A stretch of 64,000 nucleotides of DNA from Candidatus Omnitrophota bacterium (lineage in GTDB: Bacteria > Omnitrophota > Gorgyraeia > Tantalellales > Tantalellaceae), in NCBI GenBank assembly GCA_028715965.1, contig JAQUQS010000007.1, positions 17,644 to 81,643 on the forward strand. The letters run 5' to 3'. The position numbers and the translations under genes are program-made. Positions 35,514-44,773 of the stretch are shown piece after piece (positions within the stretch are counted from its first letter, which is position 1; every line of letters starts with the position of its first letter). The notes beneath the pieces are model-generated. The model was not told the DNA's origin. It did no database searches and worked only from the letters and a program-made list of their open reading frames with translations.

Positions 35514-36790
35514 ACGTTCTCCTCGTCATCTTGATTGTCATCATTTACATACGCTTCCGGCAACTCTAATATCTCTATCTTAGGCAGACTCATACCTGCT
35601 AAGCCTTCAATATCTCCCTGCATGCCACCGATATTGAGAACAACTCGTTCTATCTGTTTTTCCCGTTTATCCCAAATCTTATTCATGGCACGCTTCTCTC
35701 TATCAAGATCCTCTTTCATGCCAACAAAAGATTCTACAATTGCCTCTACCCTGTTTCTGAATTCCGGGCCTGTAAGGTAGTTATAAACTAGTTCTTTCTT
35801 CTCAGCCTTGCCTTCTTGTAGGCTTTTTTCTACCGCCACTTTTGTCAAAATAACACGCAAGGCTAGAGCAAGACTATTTGCCGCGCCTAAGGAAGCTACC
35901 CACACTCCTTCTATTTGTCTAAAATGAGTAAGCCCTGGGGGGAGAACTTCGGAAACTATAACCGCCACATCAGCTTTAGCATCCCTTTGGTCATCTTTTA
36001 GCTTTTGAAGCCACTTATCGCTCCATGTTTTTGTCCTCTTAGTCTCCCAGAGTATTTTTCCACAAACTCTGCCAGACTGTGTTTTTACCGTTTGTATAAC
36101 ATCGCCGCCTTTAACGCCTTTTGATACAGGGTCTATTTCATCAAAGACAAACTCTTCTTTCAGCATATCCTCAAGTTCAAGTTCTAGGACCTCCCCCTGG
36201 TTCTGTTGAGACCCCTGTTCTGCTTTTCTCTTCAGATCGTCTATCTGCTTACGCATATCAGCAAGTTGTTTATCTTTCTCCGCATCTTTCAGGCGGTGCT
36301 CTTCTTCATAGGTCTTAAGTGTTACTTCCTTAATTTTAGAACGTTCCTCGTCAAGCTTCCTTGCCATTTCAAGTTCAGCAGCCTTTTCTCTTTCTTCGAG
36401 TTCTCGTTGTTTCTTTCGAAGTTCTAACTCCTGTTTTTGACCTTCCGCTAGCTTGTCATCTTTTTCCTGAAGCTGCGCTTTAAGATCTTCTAATTCAAGT
36501 TTTATGGACTCTTCTGCCTTCTTCTTTGCCTTATCCTCAGCCTCTTTCTTCGCTGCTTCTATCTGATCGGAAAGCTCTTTTTCCTTCTTGTTAAATTTTT
36601 CCCTTTCATCCTGAAGCTTTTTGTTAAGCTCTTGTTCCTTTACTTCAGTCTCTTTGCTGGCCTTTTCTTCAAGGTCTTTTATTTGCTTCTGATACTTCTT
36701 TGCAACCTCAACCTCTATATCATGTGATACGGCCTGTGAAAGCTCAAACTCAGCTCCACACTCCGGGCATTTAATTAATCCTTTAGACAT
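35510..36790 (-). CDS. Zinc-ribbon + long coiled-coil protein with C-terminal PD-(D/E)xK-like domain (DUF2130-like)
   Basis: N-terminal CPECG...(ribbon). About 200 aa of Lys/Glu-rich heptads. C-terminal GGDVIQTV...ILWETKRTK gives a D..ExK arrangement. The DUF2130 name is from memory. It overlaps the OLD-family gene by 4 bp. Confidence 0.5.
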   Translation of the reverse strand: MSKGLIKCPECGAEFELSQAVSHDIEVEVAKKYQKQIKDLEEKASKETEVKEQELNKKLQDEREKFNKKEKELSDQIEAAKKEAEDKAKKKAEESIKLELEDLKAQLQEKDDKLAEGQKQELELRKKQRELEEREKAAELEMARKLDEERSKIKEVTLKTYEEEHRLKDAEKDKQLADMRKQIDDLKRKAEQGSQQNQGEVLELELEDMLKEEFVFDEIDPVSKGVKGGDVIQTVKTQSGRVCGKILWETKRTKTWSDKWLQKLKDDQRDAKADVAVIVSEVLPPGLTHFRQIEGVWVASLGAANSLALALRVILTKVAVEKSLQEGKAEKKELVYNYLTGPEFRNRVEAIVESFVGMKEDLDREKRAMNKIWDKREKQIERVVLNIGGMQGDIEGLAGMSLPKIEILELPEAYVNDDNQDDEENV

Positions 36791-36808
36791 AATATCCTCC
36801 CAAATATA

Positions 36809-37573
36809 TTATTTTTCCTTATCTTTTTCTGCCTTTTTAGAAAGCAGCAATAACAATGCAACTATCAAATGAACCACCCATGACAACAATAATATAATTC
36901 CAATACCTATCAATATTAAAATCAATGGGAAGAGGATAGCCGCTATTAAATATGTCGTGAAAAATACGATCTTCTTACAATGCCATATAATCTTATTCTC
37001 TTTTTTAGGAAATTCTAAAATGGCGATTTTTTCAAAAAGTAATGTATTAAAATAATCTATGGGCATTACTTTATACGGTTCTCTTTCGAAACAATAAACT
37101 CCAGCCTCCTCAAATCCTGTCGCTATTAATTCTGAGCAAAAGTAGGCTTCTTCAACGTTAAACCGTCCACCCATAAACTTATTATCTAGAAGAAAATGAA
37201 ACTGATGCGGCAAGAGATTAAACAGCAAAAAATATACTAACCCTCTGAAATCGTACTTTTCTCCTTTTTCATTAACACAAAAATCTATCATCTTCCCGAG
37301 GCTCTCTTGCGTAATGTTTTTTCTTCTCAAGACTAAAAGTTCAAAATTGCCACCCAAATAAGCCTCGGTGAAGTTTCGTCTTACAATACCCCCAGGAAAA
37401 GCTTCTACTACCTCGTCTTTCCCGAGATACAAAGCAGCGTGTGTCCATCCCCTTGAGGCATATCCTCTTTTGAAGAAATTTGCAACTTTGATCAATAACG
37501 ACGATAGAACAACCCCTTTACCACAAGTTAAAATGACATCTCCTGGCTGAATTTTATCTTTAAGATCTGACAT
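36809..37573 (-). CDS. Permuted papain-like (YiiX/DUF830-type) peptidase with C-terminal TM anchor
   Basis: HAALYLG ... CSELIA motifs. C-terminal hydrophobic stretch IIWHCKKIVFFTTYLIAAILFPLILILIGIGIILLLSWVVHLIVALLLLL. Confidence 0.45.
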   Translation of the reverse strand: MSDLKDKIQPGDVILTCGKGVVLSSLLIKVANFFKRGYASRGWTHAALYLGKDEVVEAFPGGIVRRNFTEAYLGGNFELLVLRRKNITQESLGKMIDFCVNEKGEKYDFRGLVYFLLFNLLPHQFHFLLDNKFMGGRFNVEEAYFCSELIATGFEEAGVYCFEREPYKVMPIDYFNTLLFEKIAILEFPKKENKIIWHCKKIVFFTTYLIAAILFPLILILIGIGIILLLSWVVHLIVALLLLLSKKAEKDKEK

Positions 37574-37582
37574 AATATCTCC

Positions 37583-38149
37583 TCACAAAACCTGTTTCTG
37601 TATCAAAAACCAATACATCATCAGATCTTGTTCTTTTAATTTTGGGTTTTTAAATTTCTTTTCAATAATATTCCAGAAATGTTTATTGTGTTTTCGCTCC
37701 TCTAAGTGAGCGATCTCATGAAAAAGAACATATTTCACAAGGTTATCCGGCAAATACCGCATTAGGGCATTGACTGTTATAATCCTATTCTGCGAACAAC
37801 TTGCCCATTTTGTTTTCATGGTTTTGAAATCTAGTCTTTTAATCTCTATCTTCAAGGGCTTCAGATATTCATCAAGTGTTTTCCTTACAAAACCTTTAAA
37901 GCTGTCGATGTCTCTTTTGACTTTTAACTGTTCTCCCTCGCTTCTATCCAGAGAGGCTTCTATCTGATCATGTTTGGACATGATCCATTTCTCATGTTTC
38001 AATAAGAGTTCGGCTTCAGTCTCCTTCCAATCCTTGGGTACAATTAATTTTAAGATACCTGTCTTGAACTCAAGCCGTGGATGTTTAACTTTCCTGTACT
38101 CGGTCTGGTAAAACACAACCTTGTTATATGCTTTTATCGGTTTATCCAT
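37583..38149 (-). CDS. DUF45/YgjP-like (M48/WLM-type) metal-dependent hydrolase commonly linked to hsdR
   Basis: YVLFHEIAHLEERKHNKHFW is an HExxH motif at the characteristic position. It overlaps the hsdR stop by 8 bp. Confidence 0.7.
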   Translation of the reverse strand: MDKPIKAYNKVVFYQTEYRKVKHPRLEFKTGILKLIVPKDWKETEAELLLKHEKWIMSKHDQIEASLDRSEGEQLKVKRDIDSFKGFVRKTLDEYLKPLKIEIKRLDFKTMKTKWASCSQNRIITVNALMRYLPDNLVKYVLFHEIAHLEERKHNKHFWNIIEKKFKNPKLKEQDLMMYWFLIQKQVL

Positions 38150-41100
38150 GCTTCACCACGTGATCAATAAGTTTCTGATAAAGCTGTTCCATCGCATCAA
38201 TGCTCAGTCCATATTCTCGAACGTATTTCCTTATAAACTTCCGGATGGTTTTTTCTACATTTTTCCGTACAGTTACTTGCGTAGCCCAGTTTGGAAACTT
38301 CCTTGCTTTAAGCCCAATAATGTCATCAAGGTTATCGTACAACTCTTTGACATCGTCAATTAGGGCCTTTTGCTTGCCAAATTGTTTTTCCAAGATAAGG
38401 AGCAAATTATAAGAAATGTCATCAAATCCGATATCTCTTTGCCTCTTCTTGATGGACATCATATCGTCCCATATGGCCAAGCCCTCATTATATATTTCTT
38501 CGAAATTCTTGGCCTTTTGTTTCCATGTATCCAGAAGTTTCTCTACTCTTTCGGCTACGGTCTCGTAAATAGTATTTTTCTGCCGGTCAACAAGAACATA
38601 TCTATTGAGCGTGAAGACAAGATTTGCGGCTTTTTCTTCTTTGCCTTTTGCCTTTGCATCTAGCACTTCGATGTACTTTTCATTAAACTCAATAGCAGGC
38701 AAGGCATCATCAAGCTCTTTCAACTCTGTCGTCTTGTGGATAAATTCAACTGTTTGTTTGTAGTATTGTTCGATATAGAGCTTCTCATCCTCTCCACGCG
38801 CTAAAACAATCTTGAGATAGCTAGCATATATCTGACTCAGCCATCCATACTCAAGGGCTTTCTCTGCTTTTATGGTTTCAGATCCCAGCAGCTCAAACAG
38901 CTTCCTTAATGTTTTAAATTCACTCAGGAAATGTTTACAAAGGACTTCATCGGCCGTTAGAACCTCTATCGCCTTAAGCAAAGTTTTTCTGTCTACCTTA
39001 TCTTTTGGTAAGGCCTCAAAGATGCCCAGAAGCTGACTCAGTTTTTCAAAAAATTCCTTTTTTAGCTCATCAGCGCTATAAAGAACCCCTTTCACTTCTT
39101 CCTGCGTATATATCTCAAAAGCCCTATTGAAGTCTTTCAGTATTCCTATATAGTCGACAATAAGACCCGCTTCTTTTACTCCCTTATAAGGTCTATTTGT
39201 TCTTGCTATGGCCTGTAGCAATCTATGTTCTTTAAGTGGTTGATCCAAGTACATTGTCTGTAAAATAGGAGCATTAAAGCCTGTTAGGAGCATGTCTTTC
39301 ACGATAAAGATCTTCGGCAAGTCCTCTTCTTTGTACTTATTTATGAGCTCTTTCTTAATATCATCTATTTCCTTACCATTATGCCTTTTAACTAATTCCG
39401 ATTTATACTTCTTAATAGCATCGGAATCTTTTTTTTCTGAATAGCTCATTACTGCTTCCGAATACTCGGGAGGCAAATGCTTATCAAGCTCTCTTTTATA
39501 CATAACACATGCCTCCCGGCTAACTGCCACAACAAGAGCTTTATATTTACCATTCACATTTTTCTTGAAATGTTTAGCGATATTCTCTGCCACTATCTTT
39601 ATTCTTTCGGGGTTTTCAAGATAGGCTTTTACTATGCTGAGTTTCTCTTTTATGCCCTCTTCCACGCTTTCCCTGATGTCATCAGGAATCTCTTGGTATT
39701 TTTCCTTAAGAAAATTGTCTAACATCTCAGCGTTAAGATGTATTCCTTCCTTATCTGCAAGTGCAGGTTTATATGCTATCCTTACAGTAAACTCATCCTG
39801 CCAGGATTCCGTAATAAAATATTTGTCGATATATTTTTCCTCCGGGAGATAACTAAAATCCCTGTAGGTATCTATGCCTCTTTCGGGCTTACATATCGGA
39901 GTTCCTGTAAACGCAAAGAAGAAAGTCGTATCCTCACCGAGCAAGCTCTTCATCTGCGCAGCCATGCCACCGGACTGCGATCTATGCCCTTCATCTATGA
40001 AAGCTACAACATTCCCCCGTGTTTTAAGCGTTTCTTGTTTCTCTGACAACTCAGCAAGATACTTGTCAAGTTCTGCCAATTCTTCCGGCCTGAATTTATG
40101 GACAAGCGTTATAAACAAACCTCTTCTGCCTTTATAGCCATCATGCGAAACTATTTTTTTGAGCTCATCAATGGAACTGATTACTTCCGGCTTTGTGATA
40201 TCAAGGGCATTGAATTCGTCACTAAGCTGCTCTTCGAGCTCTTTTCTATCAACAATAAAGAATATCGTTGGGTTTTCTAAGACTGGGTTGTGGTACAGCT
40301 TATATGCAGCAAATATCATCTCCAGCGTCTTACCCGACCCTTGCCAATGCCATATAAGCCCCCTTCGCTTTTCGTCTTTGCTTGAAATGAAGGCCTTAAC
40401 CCTTTCCTCTATTTTGTTAACTGCTCTAAACTGCATATACCTGGTAATGACTTTGGTCGCATTTCCGAACTCGATACGATAGAAAATAAAATTTCGGATA
40501 ATATCAAGTAAGTTCTGGCAAGAAAGCATGCCTACGGTCGCGTCTATCGAATCTAAACCTTCCTCTTTCCATTCACCAACCTTTAATTGCCTAATATCAT
40601 CCTGCCATGGCACTATTGGAAAATATCGCGCTACTTCAGCGGCAGCCACCCCTATCTGAGCATATTTATATAATTCAGGCACAGCATTCTCATAATCTTT
40701 TACATCTTTAAAGGCATTAGTCCAGTCCTCGGAAAATGAAGTTGGATTCTTGCATTCAATATTAACAAGCGGAATACCATTAACATAAAGCACTATGTCC
40801 ATGATCTTGTGTTCTTCCCCATTTATATAGTGGATCTGCCTGGTCACGATAAACTCATTGTTCTTGATGTTGTCGTAATCAAAGAGCTGAATTCGCTCGA
40901 GGGTTCTCTCCCTTTCAAGTTTTATCGAAACTCCATTCTTAAGGTAGTTCAATATTTCTTTGATACCATCCTGAGTGGCTCCTTTAAACTTAAGGGCCTT
41001 AACTACGCTGTTAAGGTCCTCATTGGTTAAACTAGCCTTATTAATTTCCTTAATTTTACGCATGAGGTTTCTTAATAAAAGTGGTTCTTCAAAACTATCC

Positions 41101-41213
41101 CTCTCCAGATCATCAGCAGAAATAAATGTCCACCCTGCATCAGGGCCAATTAATTGTTCTATAATATACTTCTCTAAAGTTTCTTTTTCGTTAAACCTGG
41201 CCATATTAATCAC
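38142..41213 (-). CDS. hsdR: Type I restriction enzyme R subunit
   Basis: 1023 aa with a Walker A GSGKT-like motif, a DEAH box (IDEGHRSQ), helicase motifs and an N-terminal nuclease domain. Confidence 0.85.
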   Translation of the reverse strand: MINMARFNEKETLEKYIIEQLIGPDAGWTFISADDLERDSFEEPLLLRNLMRKIKEINKASLTNEDLNSVVKALKFKGATQDGIKEILNYLKNGVSIKLERERTLERIQLFDYDNIKNNEFIVTRQIHYINGEEHKIMDIVLYVNGIPLVNIECKNPTSFSEDWTNAFKDVKDYENAVPELYKYAQIGVAAAEVARYFPIVPWQDDIRQLKVGEWKEEGLDSIDATVGMLSCQNLLDIIRNFIFYRIEFGNATKVITRYMQFRAVNKIEERVKAFISSKDEKRRGLIWHWQGSGKTLEMIFAAYKLYHNPVLENPTIFFIVDRKELEEQLSDEFNALDITKPEVISSIDELKKIVSHDGYKGRRGLFITLVHKFRPEELAELDKYLAELSEKQETLKTRGNVVAFIDEGHRSQSGGMAAQMKSLLGEDTTFFFAFTGTPICKPERGIDTYRDFSYLPEEKYIDKYFITESWQDEFTVRIAYKPALADKEGIHLNAEMLDNFLKEKYQEIPDDIRESVEEGIKEKLSIVKAYLENPERIKIVAENIAKHFKKNVNGKYKALVVAVSREACVMYKRELDKHLPPEYSEAVMSYSEKKDSDAIKKYKSELVKRHNGKEIDDIKKELINKYKEEDLPKIFIVKDMLLTGFNAPILQTMYLDQPLKEHRLLQAIARTNRPYKGVKEAGLIVDYIGILKDFNRAFEIYTQEEVKGVLYSADELKKEFFEKLSQLLGIFEALPKDKVDRKTLLKAIEVLTADEVLCKHFLSEFKTLRKLFELLGSETIKAEKALEYGWLSQIYASYLKIVLARGEDEKLYIEQYYKQTVEFIHKTTELKELDDALPAIEFNEKYIEVLDAKAKGKEEKAANLVFTLNRYVLVDRQKNTIYETVAERVEKLLDTWKQKAKNFEEIYNEGLAIWDDMMSIKKRQRDIGFDDISYNLLLILEKQFGKQKALIDDVKELYDNLDDIIGLKARKFPNWATQVTVRKNVEKTIRKFIRKYVREYGLSIDAMEQLYQKLIDHVVKHG

Positions 41214-42420
41214 CTTTTATTCTTTTCTTTCCCGTTAAAAGATCGTTCATAAGTCCTTGCTTTATTCTCTTCAGTTTGTCTCTTCTATCTTTTTCTAAAT
41301 TCATTTTCTGTTCTACAAGCCTTATTTGATCTGCAACTTTATTTTGATAATCAATATCAACTTGTGGAACATTGAACTTTTCTAACATAGTTTTTGATAG
41401 CTCTTTAAAGGTGCTTTGTCCCGCTCTATTTTCGAGCGCATATCTTTTAGAACTCAGATAATAGGAATAAAATAAAGGATTAACCTCTTCCTCTTTTCTT
41501 GGCAATAACCCTTTGCATCCTTGATTAAAAGTACTTTCAATTTGAAGCAGTGCGACATAACCAACCGGAGCCCTTGTGGACATTACTATTGAATTTGCTG
41601 GCATAATATTTAGATTGGCATCCTTCACGGCTTTATCAGATACCTTTCTCTTGCTTTCTCCCACATAGACATCTCCCTCAAGCTGGCCAAGATCGGCAGG
41701 AGTCAACCAGTTTACTTTTCCATCTTTCCAGTACTTTTTATTTTTTGTTGATGGCGTACTTCCGCTTTTAACTTCAAAGATATTGATGAGTGGGACAAAT
41801 TTAAGCTTCTCATTTTTCAAAAAATATTTATTCACTAACCCTTGTTTTATATGTTCCAACTCCTGAACAATCATATCTGTTTTTTCAATTACCAAATCAA
41901 GAATTGTTAAAATTTTTGATATTTCCTCTTGTTCTTTCAGTGGAGGCATTATGATATGTAGCTTATTCATATCTCTTTGGAAAATATGCGGGATCTGCCC
42001 CCCTGACACTTTTTGGCGTAATAGTCTTTTAAAGAAAGGACCTTGAAAAAAATAGAATAAGTACTTTGGCAAAAGATCTTCTTTTTCACTCCTTATTAGC
42101 ATCATTGTGCTATTTATTGTCGCCTGTTCCGGCAAGTTATCAATAAAGGCAAGCTGCCCAATGGTCCCGTCCTTAGACATAATAATGTCTTCTTTTTTTA
42201 ATTGTATTTCAGGAGATTCATCATAACGCTGCTTTGATATATGATCACATTCTCGCCAAAGCACTTTCCCGTTATTTAGATGTTTATTTGCAACAAGACT
42301 AGGCCCTTTTTTGGTATATTCCGAAGCCTTTAGGCCTCGCCATCCTATCCTTCCTTTAATATAGGCATAGTTTTCAAGAATATCTATTTTCCATTCTCCG
42401 GGTAATCTAAGGCTCTTCAT
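41206..42420 (-). CDS. hsdS: Type I restriction-modification specificity subunit
   Basis: 404 aa with two target-recognition-domain halves separated by conserved coiled regions. It lies between hsdM and hsdR. Confidence 0.8.
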   Translation of the reverse strand: MKSLRLPGEWKIDILENYAYIKGRIGWRGLKASEYTKKGPSLVANKHLNNGKVLWRECDHISKQRYDESPEIQLKKEDIIMSKDGTIGQLAFIDNLPEQATINSTMMLIRSEKEDLLPKYLFYFFQGPFFKRLLRQKVSGGQIPHIFQRDMNKLHIIMPPLKEQEEISKILTILDLVIEKTDMIVQELEHIKQGLVNKYFLKNEKLKFVPLINIFEVKSGSTPSTKNKKYWKDGKVNWLTPADLGQLEGDVYVGESKRKVSDKAVKDANLNIMPANSIVMSTRAPVGYVALLQIESTFNQGCKGLLPRKEEEVNPLFYSYYLSSKRYALENRAGQSTFKELSKTMLEKFNVPQVDIDYQNKVADQIRLVEQKMNLEKDRRDKLKRIKQGLMNDLLTGKKRIKGD

Positions 42421-42429
42421 TGGCTTCCT

Positions 42430-44184
42430 TTATTTGATGTTATTAATAACTGTCTCTATATCTTCTTCAAGAGCATCTATTTCGGATTTTAATTTTTTAT
42501 ATTTCCCCCACTCTTCCTTAATATCTATTTCTTCGATTTCATCCTCTGGAAAAACATACAAAGAAACATTTAGGTTATACTCATTTTCTTTTATTTCAAC
42601 GAGTTCAACACTTCTAGCAAACCCATCCTTTTCTTTGAAATCTTTATAAGCTTCAGCGATATTCCCAATATGTTCTTTTCCCAAAATTTTAAGCTTTCGT
42701 ACATCCGGATGCTGTCCGTACTCATTTGTTGCATTAATAAAAAGTACTTTTCCCTTGCGTTCCTTGGATTTCTTTTTATTAAGTATCATTATCGCCCCTG
42801 GTGCCCCTGTGTTGTAGAAAAGCTTTTCTGGAAGAAGCATTACACACTCTATTAGATCTTCATCAACAATCTTTGTTCGTATTATCTTTTCAGCTCCTCC
42901 ACGGAACAAACACCCGTTATCTATTACAACTCCCACCTTTCCTTTTGATGATGCAAGCATATGTTGTATCCATATCCAGTCAGCCGATTGCTTCGTTGCA
43001 AACCCATATGTGAAGCGCTTCTTCCAAAAATCACCTTTCTTTATAACGTTCTCATCATATCCATCCTGATTCCAGGGTGGATTCGCAATGACCATATCAA
43101 ATTGATTAACCATGTCTTCTTCTTTAAACTTCGGGTAAAGAAGAGTATCTCCATATGCTAACTGAGCGTTACGTATCTCATGCATGTACAGGTTCATTTT
43201 CCCAAAAGCTAAAGTTTTGTGATTTGCCTCTTGTCCAAAAAGAAAAAGTTTTTCCGCGTCCTCTCTTCCGTATTTCTCTTCTACATATTGATGCGCAATT
43301 ATGAGCATTCCACTCGATGCGACCGCAGGATCATAAACACTTTCATTGGGCTTAGGGTCTAATATCTCCACCAATAACCGGATAACTTCTCTAGGGGTGT
43401 ACACTTCCCCCTCTTTTGCTTTTTGCGGAGCAAAATACCCTAAAACCCATTCATATGCATCGCCCAGAATATCTGGCGCTACGTGATGAAGTTTTCTTTC
43501 GCTGAAAAGCTCTACCAGCTGTCTCAAAATTTCAGCGTTCTCACGGTTGTTGGTAAACTGTATGAAATCTGTTGTATCCAAAATATCTTTTAGCTCGGGG
43601 TTCTTCTCTGCTAAGATTTTGAGCCCTTTTGAAAAATTCTCGGGCAAACTATTTACGTCCTTCCTTATATTCTCCCAAAGATACTTTTCCGGTATTACGA
43701 AGTCGTGATATGTTTCGTTGGTTGCTTCTTTCTTGGCCTCGGCTTCGCTGAACCCATCATCTATTGCTTCCTTATACGCCTTTTCATATTCCAGTTCCCA
43801 TTTATCACTTATTCTTTTGAGGAACAACAGTATTAAAATAAACTTATAATCCACCCTGGTTCTTATAAGATCAGCTGCTTTCTTTAATATCCCCTCGAGA
43901 TCTCCTCTTGATATCTTCTGAAAGGCTTCCCCCATAACCTGGTCGAAAGATTTAAGGTTATATATTCTTTTTCTGGAATCGTCCGGATCTAGCTTTACCT
44001 CCAACCAGCCAGCCTTTTTTAATTCTGAAATAAGAACAGGTATCCCTTGCATGCTCTGTTTCTCTACATCTTTATCTTTGAGAATTTTCTCGACATCCTC
44101 CATGCCAAATTCACGATCTCCTAGCTCTTTCCATAAAAGTTCATATCTTGTCTTCACCCAGTTTGGCAAATTTGTCTGCACCAT
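42430..44184 (-). CDS. hsdM: Type I restriction-modification DNA methyltransferase subunit
   Basis: NPPW (motif IV), SAM-binding DPAVASSGML, and an N-terminal HsdM_N domain. Confidence 0.85.
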   Translation of the reverse strand: MVQTNLPNWVKTRYELLWKELGDREFGMEDVEKILKDKDVEKQSMQGIPVLISELKKAGWLEVKLDPDDSRKRIYNLKSFDQVMGEAFQKISRGDLEGILKKAADLIRTRVDYKFILILLFLKRISDKWELEYEKAYKEAIDDGFSEAEAKKEATNETYHDFVIPEKYLWENIRKDVNSLPENFSKGLKILAEKNPELKDILDTTDFIQFTNNRENAEILRQLVELFSERKLHHVAPDILGDAYEWVLGYFAPQKAKEGEVYTPREVIRLLVEILDPKPNESVYDPAVASSGMLIIAHQYVEEKYGREDAEKLFLFGQEANHKTLAFGKMNLYMHEIRNAQLAYGDTLLYPKFKEEDMVNQFDMVIANPPWNQDGYDENVIKKGDFWKKRFTYGFATKQSADWIWIQHMLASSKGKVGVVIDNGCLFRGGAEKIIRTKIVDEDLIECVMLLPEKLFYNTGAPGAIMILNKKKSKERKGKVLFINATNEYGQHPDVRKLKILGKEHIGNIAEAYKDFKEKDGFARSVELVEIKENEYNLNVSLYVFPEDEIEEIDIKEEWGKYKKLKSEIDALEEDIETVINNIK

Positions 44185-44438
44185 AAGTCTCTCCTATATT
44201 AGTTGTTTTTCTGTTGGCTTATTGTATAAGCTCTTTTCTTTTTTGCTTATGTAAATTATATCTTTTTTCAGGTTTTTGTCAATAAGTTTTTTTAACATTT
44301 TTTCGCTTCCGCATGTAAGCCTTTTATATATAACAATTTAAGACACAAATATTTATCGCTTTTTTCCTTGATATATCTCGTTTTCTATGGCTATATGTGT
44401 ACTAGCTTGAGATATAACATATTTAAAAACAAGGAGTT

Positions 44439-44759
44439 ATGATGGAAAATGAGAAAAAGCAGGGCCCTACAGGGTTATCTGACGAGGCCAAAGCCAGGCT
44501 GGACGAGTTTATTAAGGCCTATGACCCCATTAACAATAAGGCTTTACGGCAAAATGGGACTGGAGCATTACGGATCCGAGACAGGCGGCTGCCAATCCCC
44601 GGAACGGTCATATCTAAGGTATATAAAGGTACTACTATTGATGTTAAGGTGCTGGATAAGGGATTTGAGTATGACGGTAAGGCTTACCGTTCATTAAGTG
44701 CCATTGCCGGAGCGGTAACTGATCAACATTGGAATGGTTACCTATTTTTCGGTCTATAA
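44439..44759 (+). CDS. Small protein upstream of serine recombinase (DUF2924-like)
   Basis: 106 aa ending ...AVTDQHWNGYLFFGL. Position and size are typical of recombinase-associated small proteins. The family name is from memory. Confidence 0.45.
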   Translation: MMENEKKQGPTGLSDEAKARLDEFIKAYDPINNKALRQNGTGALRIRDRRLPIPGTVISKVYKGTTIDVKVLDKGFEYDGKAYRSLSAIAGAVTDQHWNGYLFFGL

Positions 44760-44773
44760 ACGAGGAGAGTTCA

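Noticed and set aside
38200-40482. Multiple 70 to 107 aa plus-strand ORFs inside hsdR
   Set aside because: They are antisense to a long, motif-rich helicase reading frame. The AT-rich sequence gives chance ORFs.
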